In this document: positions 49,487 to 62,800 of the stretch, in pieces
How positions within the stretch are numbered: position 1 is the stretch's first letter
How the letters are laid out: each line of letters starts with the position of its first letter
Origin: the human T2T-CHM13v2.0 reference genome, Homo sapiens
Direction: 5' to 3' (one strand)
DNA: 64,000 bases
Assembly (NCBI RefSeq): GCF_009914755.1
Contig: NC_060935.1
Translations under genes and position numbers: made by a program
Notes under the pieces: generated by a model
Database searches by the model: none
What the model saw: the letters and a program-made list of their open reading frames with translations, nothing else
Told to the model about the DNA's origin: nothing

Positions 49487-52385
49487 TTGAGCATCTTTTA
49501 CTATCATTAGTTTCCAGCCAAGTATCTTCTTTAGTGAATCATCTGCTCATTGTACAATGATTTCATTGGATAGTCTGTCTACTTGATGAGTTGTAAGAGT
49601 TCTTTTTGATACAAATCCTTTATCACATATACGTTTTGCAAATATAATTTCTGCCAGTCTATGGCTTATATTTTAATTTTGTTGTCTCCTTGGAAGAACA
49701 ACATTTTTAATTTTAATAAATCCAGTTTGTCATTTTTTAATGTTTCTTTTTTTGATGCCACGTGTTAAGAAATACTTGTCTAACACAAGGTCATTAAATT
49801 TTTTTATATGACTACTTCTAGAAGTTTTATAATTTCAGCTTACATTTAGGTAGGTCAGTAATCCATTTTGAGTTAATTTTTATGTACAGTGTAATGTGGG
49901 TTTGAAGTTCATATTTTTTGCCCCTAAATTCCAAAAATTTAAACACTATTTGTGGAAAAGATTATCCTTGAATCTTTTGAATGATCTTACCACCTTTGTC
50001 AAAAATCAATTGACCATATATGTGTTATCTACTTCTGGACTCTCATTCTGTTGCATTGTTGTAGATATTTATTTATCTCACCATACACTAATATACTTTC
50101 TTGATCCCTACATACTTATAGCACATTTGGATACAGATAATGTAAATCTCATTTTATTCTTTTTTGAAAAGTACTTTGGCAATTTTATAACTTTTATATT
50201 CCTCAGTACTTTCAACAACTTTATTGAGACATAATCTGTATACCATAAAATTCTCCCATGTAACATTCTCCCATTTGTAACTTTCAATGAATTTTAGTAT
50301 ATTTATTGTGTTCCTCAACTGTCACCATAATTTAGTTTTTGAACACTATCATTACTCCAAAAGGATGCCTTGTGCTGGTTTACAATTAATTTCACCATCT
50401 ACCCTAGTACCAAGAAATCAATTACCTCTCTCTAATGTTCTGCCTCTGAATGTTCCATATATATGGAATTATACAATATGTAGTTTTTAGTGTGTCTTTT
50501 AACTTGGCATAATATTTCCAATATTTATCCATATTGTAATATAAATCAGTATTTCATTATTTATTATTTTTCTGATTAGCATTTCAATGTATGAATAGTT
50601 CACATTTTGATATTCATTAAAGAGTTGATCAAGATTTGGATTGTTTTACCTTTTTAGCTATTATAAATAATGCTATCATGTATATATGAGTTTAAGTCTT
50701 TGTATAAAAATATTTTTATTTCTTTTAGGTAGATACTTAGGAAAGGGATTCCTGGATTTTCTGGTACATTTATGTTTATTTATTTATTTTTAAGAAAACA
50801 AACTATTTTTCAAAGTGGCTGTATTATTTTACATGCTTACCTAGAATGCATTAAAATTCCCATTTTTCCATAACCTTAACAACAAATACTATTGTCTATG
50901 TTTTTTATTGTAGCTGCTGTATTGAGCTTATAGTGGCATGTAATTGTGGTTTTAATTAAAATAATCTCAATGACTATGATGTTGAGTATCTTTTTTGTAC
51001 TTATTAGTTATATTAGAGAAGTTCAATTCATGCACCATTTATAAAATAAATGTGAAAGGTCTTAACTTACCTATTAAAAGATAAAAAATATTTTTATAAG
51101 CTCAAATATAATTCCCAGCTATGTCCTGTATATAAAAAAAGACACCTAAAGCAAAATAATTCAGAAAGACTGCAAGTAAAGAGAAGGACAAAATTATGCT
51201 AGAAAGATGGAGACATTAAGAAAGAAGGATCTGAGAATCTGATAAGAAAGTCAGTATAATTTAAATCAACAACTTTCAATGTGACAACTTAATGCTATCA
51301 AAATTTGCAATGAAAAATTAAAACTTATAAATAGCTATGTACCAAATGTACAGGAACCAAAATTGTAAAGTTAAAAGTTAAAATAGATGCTAGAAAACCT
51401 AGGTAGAAACATACTCAATATAGAAAATATTTATATAGGACTTTTAGTATCAAATAGATGAGGAAGCCATATATATATATATGGAATCTTTATATACATA
51501 CATATATATATACACACACACACATAAACACACATATATATTATATAAAAGACTTTAAGATCATAATATAGATCTTGTGTGTATTTTAACACTGTGGAAT
51601 TTACTACTATTTTCCTTTTGATTTAATTTATGATTATTTGGTTTACAGAATATTCTATATTATTAAAAAAATTGTATTTTCTATGATCAGGCTAAATAAT
51701 TACACAAACATATACACAGATAGAAGAAACAGTTCTGATTAAGCCTCTGTTATAGGCAGACACTGTATCTCTGGGACTTGTAAATGGGACTTTCTCAGTG
51801 ATCTTGCTCTGCCTTCGGTTCTAGGTCTTAATCTAACATGTATTTATGCTATTTCCCACCTTTTAATTTCTTGTTCCTGTCTATGAGCTGGAATAAATTT
51901 TTACCAGTACCTTAAGGGAAGCTATGTTTCTCAATCTTCCTGCAGTGGTTTAGACTTCTGTTACATTGCGGAGATAGGGAAGACGAGACAGGGAAGGTCC
52001 AGGTCTTTGTGTGTGACATAATCTTTAGATACATTGAAAGAGGTAAAGAAAAAAGTGGGGTAAAAGAAGAAAAATCTTTAGATAGAATAGAACTTGTCTG
52101 TTGTTAATATTTAATATTATTCCATATTAAATATTCTTTAAGAATAAGTTTTGTCCAGATTCATTTCTTAAAGTGATGTTTGATATTCTTTCATTTTGTT
52201 GCATGTAGTGAGAGTTCATTATTTTTCTTTGCTTCATAAAATTTATTTGCATGAATATATCACAACTTATTTAGGCATTCTACTGGAGATAAACTTCTTA
52301 ACTTAAATTTTGGTATACTATGAACAGTAATGGTATGAAGAATGTTGTACTGTTGTATACATATTTTAATTAATATATGAATGCA

Positions 52386-52494
52386 GCCTGTAATTCCACT
52401 ACTTTGGAAGGCCGAGGCGGGCAGATTGCTTGAGCCCAGGGATTTGAGACCAGCTTGGGCAACATAGTGGAACCCCATTTCTACAAATAAAAAA
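52386..52494 (+). mobile_element. FLAM_C/Alu left-monomer fragment
   Basis: gcctgtaattccactactttggaaggccgaggcgggcagattgcttgagcccagg...ctacaaataaaaaa. Confidence 0.8.
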
Positions 52495-52785
52495 GAGAAT
52501 GTATTTATGTAGGATGAATATTTAGGAGTGGATTAGTGGGTCATAAGGAATACTTTATGTAGATTTCCCAAAATGTTTTCAAAGTGGTTGTATAAATTTA
52601 CGTTCCCCCGTGTATGACTGGAATTTCATTCGTTCTGCATCTTTGTCAACACATAGTAATAAATCTCTCGGTAAATTCTGGTCGCTCTTCTGGGCAATTA
52701 GTGGTTCATCTTGTGATTTTAATTTGCCTTAATCTAATGATTAATAAGCACTTTTTCACATAGAATAGCATTATGCTATGCATCA

Positions 52786-53151
<366 letters not shown>

Positions 53152-56100
53152 TGTAAGATGTCCAAATATGTCCAATAGTATAGTAAATGCGCTTTCATTA
53201 AATTAGAAGGAACTTAATCAGATATAACCCATGCATCTTATTTAAGAAGACACACACACTAGAAGGGCTCCTTCAGGTACTTCTGTTACTCCATATATAG
53301 ATAATTTCCTGATTTGTTTCTGGTCAGAAATGACTACAGTAAAAGACAAGCCTGATAAAGAGAAGGAGTGCTATATAAAAGGGAACTGAACAATATTAAC
53401 AAAGTTCACAGTTCCCTTTCCATTAACTAGAAATTCTTTTGACTGAAAGACCATGGCACATATTGAAATAAAAGCGAGGAAGTGGTAAATAGATTGTAGT
53501 GAAAGTTCTCTTTAACAATCTAAGGAGAGAATCTCTCCATGTCATTTATCTCATTATCCCTATTCTTTCCTTTCCAGTAATATTACAGACACCAAAAGCC
53601 CAATTTCAAGAATCTCTCATCTCCAAGTAAAGTCTGCCAAAAGTGAGAGTCTGAGTTCTCATTCAAGAAAACACTTAGATCTTGGAGTTGTACATAGTAG
53701 ATCTTGAGGATCACGTCCAACACTCATGCTTCTCAAATCTCCAAGTAGGAGGATATGGCTATTAGCTTTGTCAGGATACAGAGTAATATTCATTGCAAAA
53801 AGAAAAAAGATACATGCATACGTATACATACGTGAATAATGGGATCTTATCTCCCCAGAAAAGTGTATAAAGTGTATTTCTCCCCAAGATATTATATAAC
53901 TGAGCAATATGAGGTCAAGAGGCCAATGACAATTCTGTTTAAACTGTTTAATAAAGTAGAGGATTACTAATACATCTGCAGAACAAACAAATCTCTAACC
54001 ACAGACATTAACCATTTTCTGAAAATTCAAATATATATAAAAATCAAATATAAGACTAATATATTTGAGTTCAACTTTCATAACAAAATGCCCTATAAAT
54101 TATCTGTCATTAACTCCTTTCAGCTATCAGAGATGGCTGGAAACATTTGTTAGTTCTAAATAATAATTTCCAGGAAAACATTTCTTAGTTCTAAATAACA
54201 ACATCATTTGCCAAGGATGTGAGAATTTGCCATTTATTCAAGTTCTTCCCTAGAAAACAAAAGGAAGTCTACACATGTTATTTTTCGAAGTGAATATATA
54301 TATATAAACATTTTAGAAGTGTTATTTATAAATAATTTTCTTAAAATTCTAGTCTGTCTGATTCTCTGCATTCACACTGGGCTGCCCTGAATTTTCTGAT
54401 TTAACATTAGCTCTTCATACTGTAAGTTAAATTTTTTTTGCTTCCTTACTTAGTTTTTATTTTAGTTTTTTAAAAACAATTTTAATATTTATTCAAATTT
54501 TATATCATATGAATAATATATGCCATTGTAAAAATAATATAAAGAACAGCACACCAGTACAACAGACAACCCCAAAAATCTACTCTTAGCAAATAAAAAT
54601 TAAATATACTGAATAAATGTACAATTTTATATATAACATTGAATAATTTACCTGAACTCTGAACATTGCACCATTTATTCCTTTTTTCCCTTTGTCATTC
54701 TGTTTGCCTATTATGTAAGTCACCAATTGTGAGCCTGGATCTATTTAAGTTTCATACTGATTCATTCTGCATCTTGCCAATATGATTACAAGGATGTATG
54801 CAATTATAAAAAGTCTGTACGGTCAAAATGATGTAATAATTTCTGAAAATAAATTCAATAATTAAAGTAAAAAGATTATCCATATGATTTCACACACAAA
54901 AAATACTAGATTATGAGCGTATTGCTAATGGGCTGCCCCTTACATAGAAAGCAGTTAAGCTTTTTAATCAGTCTATAAATCAACCCTGCTCTGAGCTCTG
55001 AGTTCACAGCCTAGGGCACTTGCAGCTATACTGCCTCACTTTTATAAGGAAAAATTTGCAGTTAACATTCATATAGCTACAAAAAAAAATCACTAGTATT
55101 ATGTATTTAAGATGCTTCAACAAAATCTTATTTTATTCCATAATTTTAAAACTACAATATCATCACTTTGTTTTTCCCAGATTAATTCTTATTTGTGGCT
55201 CCTAAATTTTCAAATCAAATGAAAATTCTCAGTCAGAATTAAGTCTATTCTTTACTTCTAATAACTAGTAATTTTTAAAGACCCTGACTCTCTTATGTCT
55301 TGAGAATATTCAGTAATAAAATGCTAGTATACAGTTTTTACCAGACTCCATTGCAATGCTCCCTGTGTGGAACAATGGAATTTTTTCAAGGCTAGTAGTT
55401 TGTGTGTTTGTTTGCCAAAGTGGAGGCTGTGAGATTGGTTTATAGAGCTGCCCTTGGGACCACATTGTTCTCACACGTGTAGGGTCTCTTTCATCTATTC
55501 TAGCTGTCAATTGTAACATACAGGAGTAACTCACTAGCTTTTTCACTCCTGGGAGACTCCTTCTCTCCTTTTCTATTCTGGCATCCACCATTCCTGCATT
55601 CACTAAAGTAATTGCCTCTGTTACACTTAAAAAAACTTAGCACTTTCACATATGCATAGGATTTTTAGAACTAAAAAATTAACCTGGAACAGATTATTAG
55701 GATCCTGTTTTTTTTTCTTTTGCAACTTTTAAACCATGCCAAATAAAATTACTGAACACCAGAAACATCTCTGTATCAGAGGAAGGGAAAAATAGATTCA
55801 TAAAAAATTGAGTTAACATTTTAATAATGTGTGAGCTCATTTCAGTAGCTCTTGTGAAAACTCTGAAAGTGCATCTGCTGGAATCAGGGACAGACTCAAC
55901 TGTGCATTATGTCTTCAAAAGCCAGTGAAGGCAAAAACAGGAGGCTTAGTGGTCTTCACAGGACATCTCTTTCACTAAGTCCTGTCTAAGAACTTGAGAC
56001 AATTTTGAAAAATAGTCTTTCCTCAGTTTCCTCATACTTGAGAAGTCATTGCCTATTTTCTTTAAAATAGAGACTCCCAATTGAGCAGATTGACAGAGGG

Positions 56101-56735
56101 GAAACCTCTGAAGAAGTCTTATTTCTAAGGATCTTCTCAGAGTGAGTCGGGGGGAAGGAGATCTGGGAAGCCAATGTGCTCTGTTATAAACATGAATGAG
56201 TTGTCCAAAAATTCCCAAGGCCTCATTCTTAGGTATATCTGACTCAAAGATGACCATGATACAAATCCAGTGATAACAGTTAAAGAGAAAATAGAGGAGG
56301 AAGGCAGTTAGTTAGCTAGAATCTCAAGCTTTTCTCATATTTCTATGACCAAAATATTAACCTAAATATTATTTTATGGATTTACAAAAACCTAAATAAA
56401 TTTTTATTCATTTAAATGGCCAGTTTTCCTTCGGTCTTCTACATTCACCAATTCGCAAAGTTCATTTGTTCATGGATAAAGTATAAGTAAGCTGCACGAA
56501 TTCTAGAGAATTTTTTGAGGGCATACAATAAACCAGCCACAGTTATAGAAGTATGTTTTTGGAAACAAATAATGAAAGTGGGAGGGAATGTGGATTTCAT
56601 CTGAGAGAAATAATTTCCATGCATGTGAATGTTCAGCACTTTGACACCCTAAATCTTTCTCACCTGAGCAAGTCCATATCTGGCTTGTGGCGCATTTCCT
56701 TTTTAAGATCCCCCGTTATGAGACATTCTGGTCTT

Positions 56736-56850
56736 ATGTGTGTGTGTGTGTGTGTGTGTGTGTATACATAAACATACACATATACACATATGTATACACA
56801 CACATATATATGTGTGTGTGCATATATATATTCATATGTATATATATATG
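56736..56850. repeat. (GT)n/(CA)n/(TA)n compound microsatellite
   Basis: Directly visible. Confidence 0.9.
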
Positions 56851-57203
56851 AAGTTACTAAAAATTCTTCTTGCCCTCTATTTTCAGTCTTTCTAAATTAT
56901 GTTGTCTGTCCTCATGGAGAAATAGAGGCATCTTCTAAAACTAAACACTGATTTTCTCCTTACATTCATATAATTCTGCAGTGGTATTGGGTTAGCCAGA
57001 ATATAAACCAATTTATCCATCTATTATTGAATCTTACTGATACTTCCTTGCTTTATCACAGATAAATCCATTATACTTCAGGCTTATTTGCCAATTGTCA
57101 GAATCCATAAAACCTTATTTCCTTTTTCCTCTGCACCAAGAAAAGCTATTATCCACCCTACTTAATAAATTCTTGATGAAGTGCATGTTAAATGAGCCAC
57201 CAA

Positions 57204-57272
57204 GAAGAAAAAAATAATTGCTTATTGAAGAAAAAAATAATTGCTTATTGAAGAAAAAAATAATTGCTTATT
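57204..57272 (+). repeat. Perfect tandem repeat, 3 x 23 bp
   Basis: GAAGAAAAAAATAATTGCTTATT at 57204, 57227 and 57250. Confidence 0.95.
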
Positions 57273-57541
57273 CCTCCTTTACAACCCATCTTTTTGGAGA
57301 GGTAGGACAGCTGGTCCTTAAGAGATGGGTTTTGAATCTAAATTGGCTGGATTGGAGTTCATTATGGACTCCTATTTCCAAGATTAGACATCTCTAATTT
57401 TTGTAATTACTTTTGTGCCGATAGGATATTTTTAAATTTTCCTGTAATGTTATTGAGTTTCCTTTTGGTTTGTTTTTGTGTCCCCACCTGTCCCCCACCC
57501 CACTGTTTCTCTTTTTCCTCCTTCCTAGTATGACTGTAGAT

Positions 57542-57836
57542 CAGCGGTCCTTAACCTTTTTCGCACCAGGGACTGGTTTCCTGGGAAGCGGGAAGGGGGA
57601 TGGTTTCGGGATGAAAGTGTTTCACCTCAGATCATCACGGGTTAGATTCTCATAAGGAGAACGTCACCTAGATCCAATGCATGCGCAGTTCTCAATAGAG
57701 TTCCAGCTCCTATGAGAATCTAATGTCACTGCTGATCTGACAGGAGGTGGAGCTCAGACGGTAATGCTCGCTCACCTGCTGCTTACCTACTGCTGTGCGA
57801 CCGGGTTCCTAACAGGCCAAGGGTTTGAGGACCCCT
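57542..57836. mobile_element. MER1B hAT (Charlie-family) MITE
   Basis: cagcggtccttaacctttttcgcaccagggactggtttc...ttagattctcataaggag...ctcctatgagaatctaat...ggtttgaggacccct. Confidence 0.88.
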
Positions 57837-57899
57837 TGTTGAATAGGGTGTCCTTTACCCACTTTATATTTTTGTTTGCTTTGTCAAAGGTCAGTTGAT

Positions 57900-58320
57900 G
57901 TAGAGAATGCTGGGTTTGGTTGGTCTTTCAGCTTCTCTCATACAGCCCTAGGCATTTCTGTCTACAGGTTTTTTTTATTGGGCTGTGCGGTTCGACCTGC
58001 AAGCCAGTAAATGTGCTTATGTGTTAGAGCTGGTTTTGACCAACATGGTTGGTTCGACCTACAAGCCAGTAAATGTGCTTATGTGTTAGAGCTGGTTTTG
58101 ACCAACATGGCTGGGTTTATACTTGATCCTTGTTTACTAGAAGAAGCCCCAGGCAATGGGCTGATTCGTGGAGTACACAATGTTCCCAGCTCCCTCCTCA
58201 GCTCTGGGGTCAGCTGGGGCAACATGGGCAGGGCCATACTGGGCAGGTTCACCTACAAGTCCCTCAGTGTCAGGCACAAGCACAAGCACCTAAGGAGAAT
58301 CCAGTGGGTGGCCACCTAGT
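57900..58320 (-). mobile_element. Old L1PA (15/16-like) 5'UTR fragment, antisense, with an internal 62-bp tandem duplication (57989-58112)
   Basis: Reverse complement reads cccattgcctggggcttcttctagtaaacaaggatcaagtata...cacagcccaata...cccagcattctctac; duplicated units start at 57989 and 58051. Confidence 0.55.
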
Positions 58321-59435
58321 GCCCATGGAAAGTGGTTTTTCAGAAACAATTAGTGAGGCTAAATCTAATGGCGGAAGTAAGTCCAAAAATTAGAAGAAAT
58401 TTGCAGGAGATAATGAAACTTTGAATTAAGAAAGAAGAAATTAGAAATGTGAAGGACAAAATATATCTGACAGACATTTAAAGTTTAATCACTTAATAAC
58501 ACTGTGTAGGGCCTGATAGGATGTAGAGGTTGAGGAAGAAAACATCATCTAAACTAAATCTTAGTTTTCCAGTATGGATAAGGAGGTAAGTAGTCATACT
58601 GATTCCTGAAACCAGGAAGACAAGATGAGAATAACTTTTCAAGAACAAAACCTGATGGGTTTTTTTGGATGTGAGGAACTTGAAGTGGCTGTAATTTATA
58701 TTAAGAGCCTGCGTAATATCTAGGTGGCTTTATGAATGTTCAACTCGGAAAAGAAAATAGAGCAAGAAATAAGGATTTGGAAGTCCAAAGAATAAATTGC
58801 CTCAAAATCTGGACATATATAAGAAAAAAAAAAGGAATTCAAACAATATTTAGTAAAGTGAAAATAACCTGTTTTTATTTTAATTTGTTGACTATAACTT
58901 TCTATGTTATATTATTCTGTACTCTCTGGAGTTGACTAAAGAAAATGACTTTTGAAATAAGTTCATAAAATGTAAAGTCAGCTGAGGTGGAAAACTCACA
59001 ATAGTGTTGGCCTGAATTAATTGAAAAGTTTCTAATATGTCTTTCTTATAATCTCCAGGGTTTTCTCTTAGCTAACAGAATGTTTAGTATGTATTAACTT
59101 TATGAGAGTTAAATCTCCCAAATATAAAGCATGAGCTAACCATGTGTGGGTATTGATTATATTAGTAAGATTAGCTTAGTCTGCCAAAGAATGATATGCA
59201 GAGTAATGAAGAAATTATATAATGCTATCTTAATAGTGAAAATAAATCTATTAGTCTTGTATCAGTCAGGGTTCAACTGGAGAAGCAGAACCAGTAGGAG
59301 GGCAGGAGGGAGAATAAAGAAAATAATGACATATTACTATGGAGACTGACTACGCAAGTTGGAGATCAATAAGGCAGTCGTTTTGGGAAAACAAACAAAT
59401 AAAAAAAAGACTGGAGCAGGCAGAAATGTAACTGG

Positions 59436-59852
59436 CACCATTTGATCCAATTATCCCATTACTGAGTATATACTCAAAAGAAAATAAATTATTCTACCAA
59501 AACGACACATGCACTCCTATGTTCATGGCTGCACTATTCACAATAACAAAGACATAATCAACCTAGGTGTCCATCAATTACACACTGTATAAGTAAAATG
59601 TGGTACTTATACACCATGGAATACTACACAGCCATAAAAAAGAATGAAATCATGTTCTTTACAGAAATGTGGATGGAGCTGGAGGCTGTAATCCTAAGCC
59701 AATTAATGCAGCATCAGAAAACCAAATGCTGTATATTCTTACTTATATGCAGGAGCTAAGCACTGAACACATATAGGCATCAATATGGGAAAAATAGACT
59801 CTGGACTACTTGAGGGTGGAGGGAGAGGGATGGGTTAAAAAACTACCTATTG
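59436..59852 (+). mobile_element. L1PB/old L1PA 3' region, cut off by the CDON retrocopy
   Basis: accatttgatcca...cagccataaaaagaatgaaatcatg...gggttaaaaaactacctattg, then an abrupt switch to GC-rich sequence. Confidence 0.85.
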
Positions 59853-62800
59853 AGGGCCATCTCTACAGCCTGCCCCGTCTGTCTCTCTCCGAATCGCTCC
59901 TCCTGCTGCTCTCCTGCTCCTGGCAGGCCTTGTGCCCACCGGGTTACCTGCCCTCAAGCCTCCGCCCAGAGAAGCGCAGCTGCAGGGGCGCGTCCTGTCA
60001 CTCCGCCCCGCCAGCTACCCTCCCCTGAGCCCGGGTGCCCGGCTTAGGCCGCTCCGTGCGAGGAGACCTGGGACCCCGCACCCTCCGGTCCTACCCAGTG
60101 CTTCTGCCCTGGCGTGCGAGGCACCACACCCTCCTCTGCCCTGTGCGGGGCCTGGAGGGGCCCCTTCAGATCGCAGCCGTCACCACAGCTGCTGCCGCCA
60201 GCGGGAGAGCATGACATAGGGGTGGCTTTCCCAGCTGGCTGCCACGCAGGAGCTCTGGATGCTTAGCCCTCTCCGTGGAGAGATCTAAAATCAAGGCATG
60301 ACTTAACAATTTACCTTGTAAGAGAAAAGCTCAACTCAAAGGCAGATTGCTAGTCCGGACTTTATTACAAGCAGGACTGCAATGATGTTTACAGCATTGA
60401 AGTGAGTTCCAGGCTAAGTACAGAAAGTGGCTTCTCTGCTTTCCCTCCCCAGCAGAAGTCTATACACCTTGCAGACTTGAATCACTGAAGATGTAAGGCA
60501 GCTGTTACTCTTAATATTGGGAGACCCCTGTGGACGGCATGAAGACTGTCCCTTATCAGAGTCTTTAGTGAGCACTAAGGAGTCAAGATTAAAGAATGTG
60601 TTTGATTACCCTGGTCTGCATTACTATGGAAAATGAACCAAGGCCTGGGTTTGGATATGGAAGTCTGTCCTGCCTGCTTCTGTAATCTGGTGCTCTGCAT
60701 CCAGATCTTGGCCCTTTATGGACACTACTGTATGTTACTCTGATGATTCTCTGCCTTTCTGTGAGTTCAGACGTGGCACCTTATTTCATTTTTGAGCAAC
60801 TCTGCCGTCCAGAAACTCAGTGGACCTGTAAAACTATATTGTTCTGCTAAACCTGTGACCACTCATATTTCATGGTCACATAATGGAAAAAAATAGGATA
60901 GAAACATGGATATATTAAGAATCATCAGGGGACTTTGACAATTTTTTTCTCTTAAAGCCTCCCTTTTGGGTTACTACCAATGCATTTCCAACAGTAGGTT
61001 GATGTTGTTGTAAGTGGCCCTGTAACAGTATCCACAGCACTTCTTGGTGATTTTGGTTCATCCACAAAGCATGTTATTACAGCAGAAGAAAAAAGTGCTG
61101 GTTTCATTGGCTGCAGGGTACCAGAGAGTAACCCCAAAGCTGAGGTGTGCGCTAAAATCCATGGGAAGTGGCTGAAACACTCCATAAAGAATTACTTAAT
61201 CCTTCCATCAGGACATCTTTACATTTTGCATGTATCCTTAGAGGACAAGGGATCATACAAATATGTGGCTTATAATCCTGTCATACATGAATTAAAAGTT
61301 GAACCCATTGGCCAAAAGCTCCTTATGAGTCACCTTTCTTCAGATGATTTTGACATTCTTCATCCTGCTTGTTCACAGGTATTAGTTGTTTTTTCACATA
61401 TTCCTCTAACCTTGCAGTGTGTGGTTAGTGGGGTCCTGGATCCTCAAGTGTATTGGCTAAAGGACAGGGAATATTGCTCCAGGAAGCAACTGGAGAAGGT
61501 TATATTCTCATGTTGCGACAGATAGCATTGACCCAGCAGACTCTGGAAACTATTCCTGCATGGTGGGAAATAAGACTGGAGATGTAAAATATGTGACATA
61601 CATGGTTAATGTGCTTGAATATGCTCCCATTTATAAAGGACTACAGGATCAGTCTCTGGGTGCCACAGTACATTTTACCTGTCATATTCATGGAAACCCA
61701 GCCGCCAACCATACTTGGTTTTATATTGCACAGCCTATTCATCCTTCCCCATGACATCTAACTGCAGGAAATTGACTGAAAGTCAGTAGGGTTATCATGG
61801 AAGATACTGGGCTGTATCAGTGTTTGACAGATAATGGGACTGGATTTATGCAGTCTACTGGAAGACTTGAAATTGAAAAAAGACAATGGATTCAAGCCAG
61901 TTATAATCATGGCACCAATAAGTGCAAAGGTGGTATGTGGAGACTTTGTCACTGTGTCCTGCAATGCCACTGGGCTGTCAGTTCCAGTCATTCCTTGGTT
62001 ATGACAGCTATGGATTAATAGCCAGCCATCTGTCTTAAGTCCTTAGATCTAAGTCCCCAAAGTCACACTTATCAAGACCTGGAATCTTGGACCTGAAGCC
62101 TGTCTACTTCATCATGTCCCAAGTTGGCTCTAGCTCTCTCCATATTCAGGATGTGACTCAGAAACATGTGGGGAAACACATATAGGAAGCTCCAGATGGA
62201 CAGAGTACCATGCAGGGAGAAGCATCTCTCATGGTTGTTCCTTTTGAAACAAATACAAAAGTGGAAACAGTCACACTTTCTTCTGCTACTCAGAATGATG
62301 AAAGAAATAAAAGAGATGGTTCAGAAACTGGATTGAGCTCATGTCCAGTTAAGGTACATTCCAGTGCAGTGCACAATCAGCATCAGAGGAAAATGTTAAT
62401 GGCATCGCTGTTCCTGACGCCCCCATCCTACTGATCTCCTAACAGACCCACACACCAGATACGTACAACCTGGTGTGGAGGGCAGGCAGGAATGGTGGGC
62501 TATCCATTAATGTGTATTTTATGAAATATCAGAAGATGAACAATGGGGTTGGTTTGGTAGGAATTTGGCATATGGTTCGAGTCCCAGGTAGTGAAAATGA
62601 GCTCCATTTAGCTGAACTAGGGCCATCTAGTCTTTACAAAGTCTTGATAGTAGCAAGAAGTGGAGCAGGTGAAGGACAAACTGCCATGCTTACCTTCTGA
62701 ACCAGCAAAGAAAAAAGAGCATTGACAAAAAACACCCAGGCATCCTGTCCACCCATGGGCATCCATAAGTATCCTGTTGTTTCAGAAGCTGCAAACAATT

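Noticed and set aside
57204-57272. CRISPR-like array (also considered for 1051-1170)
   Set aside because: Repeats are head-to-tail with no spacers, there are no cas genes, and the context is eukaryotic.
59810-60219. Pro/Arg-rich ORFs
   Set aside because: Stop-poor frames of the GC-rich retrocopied leader, mostly with non-ATG starts.
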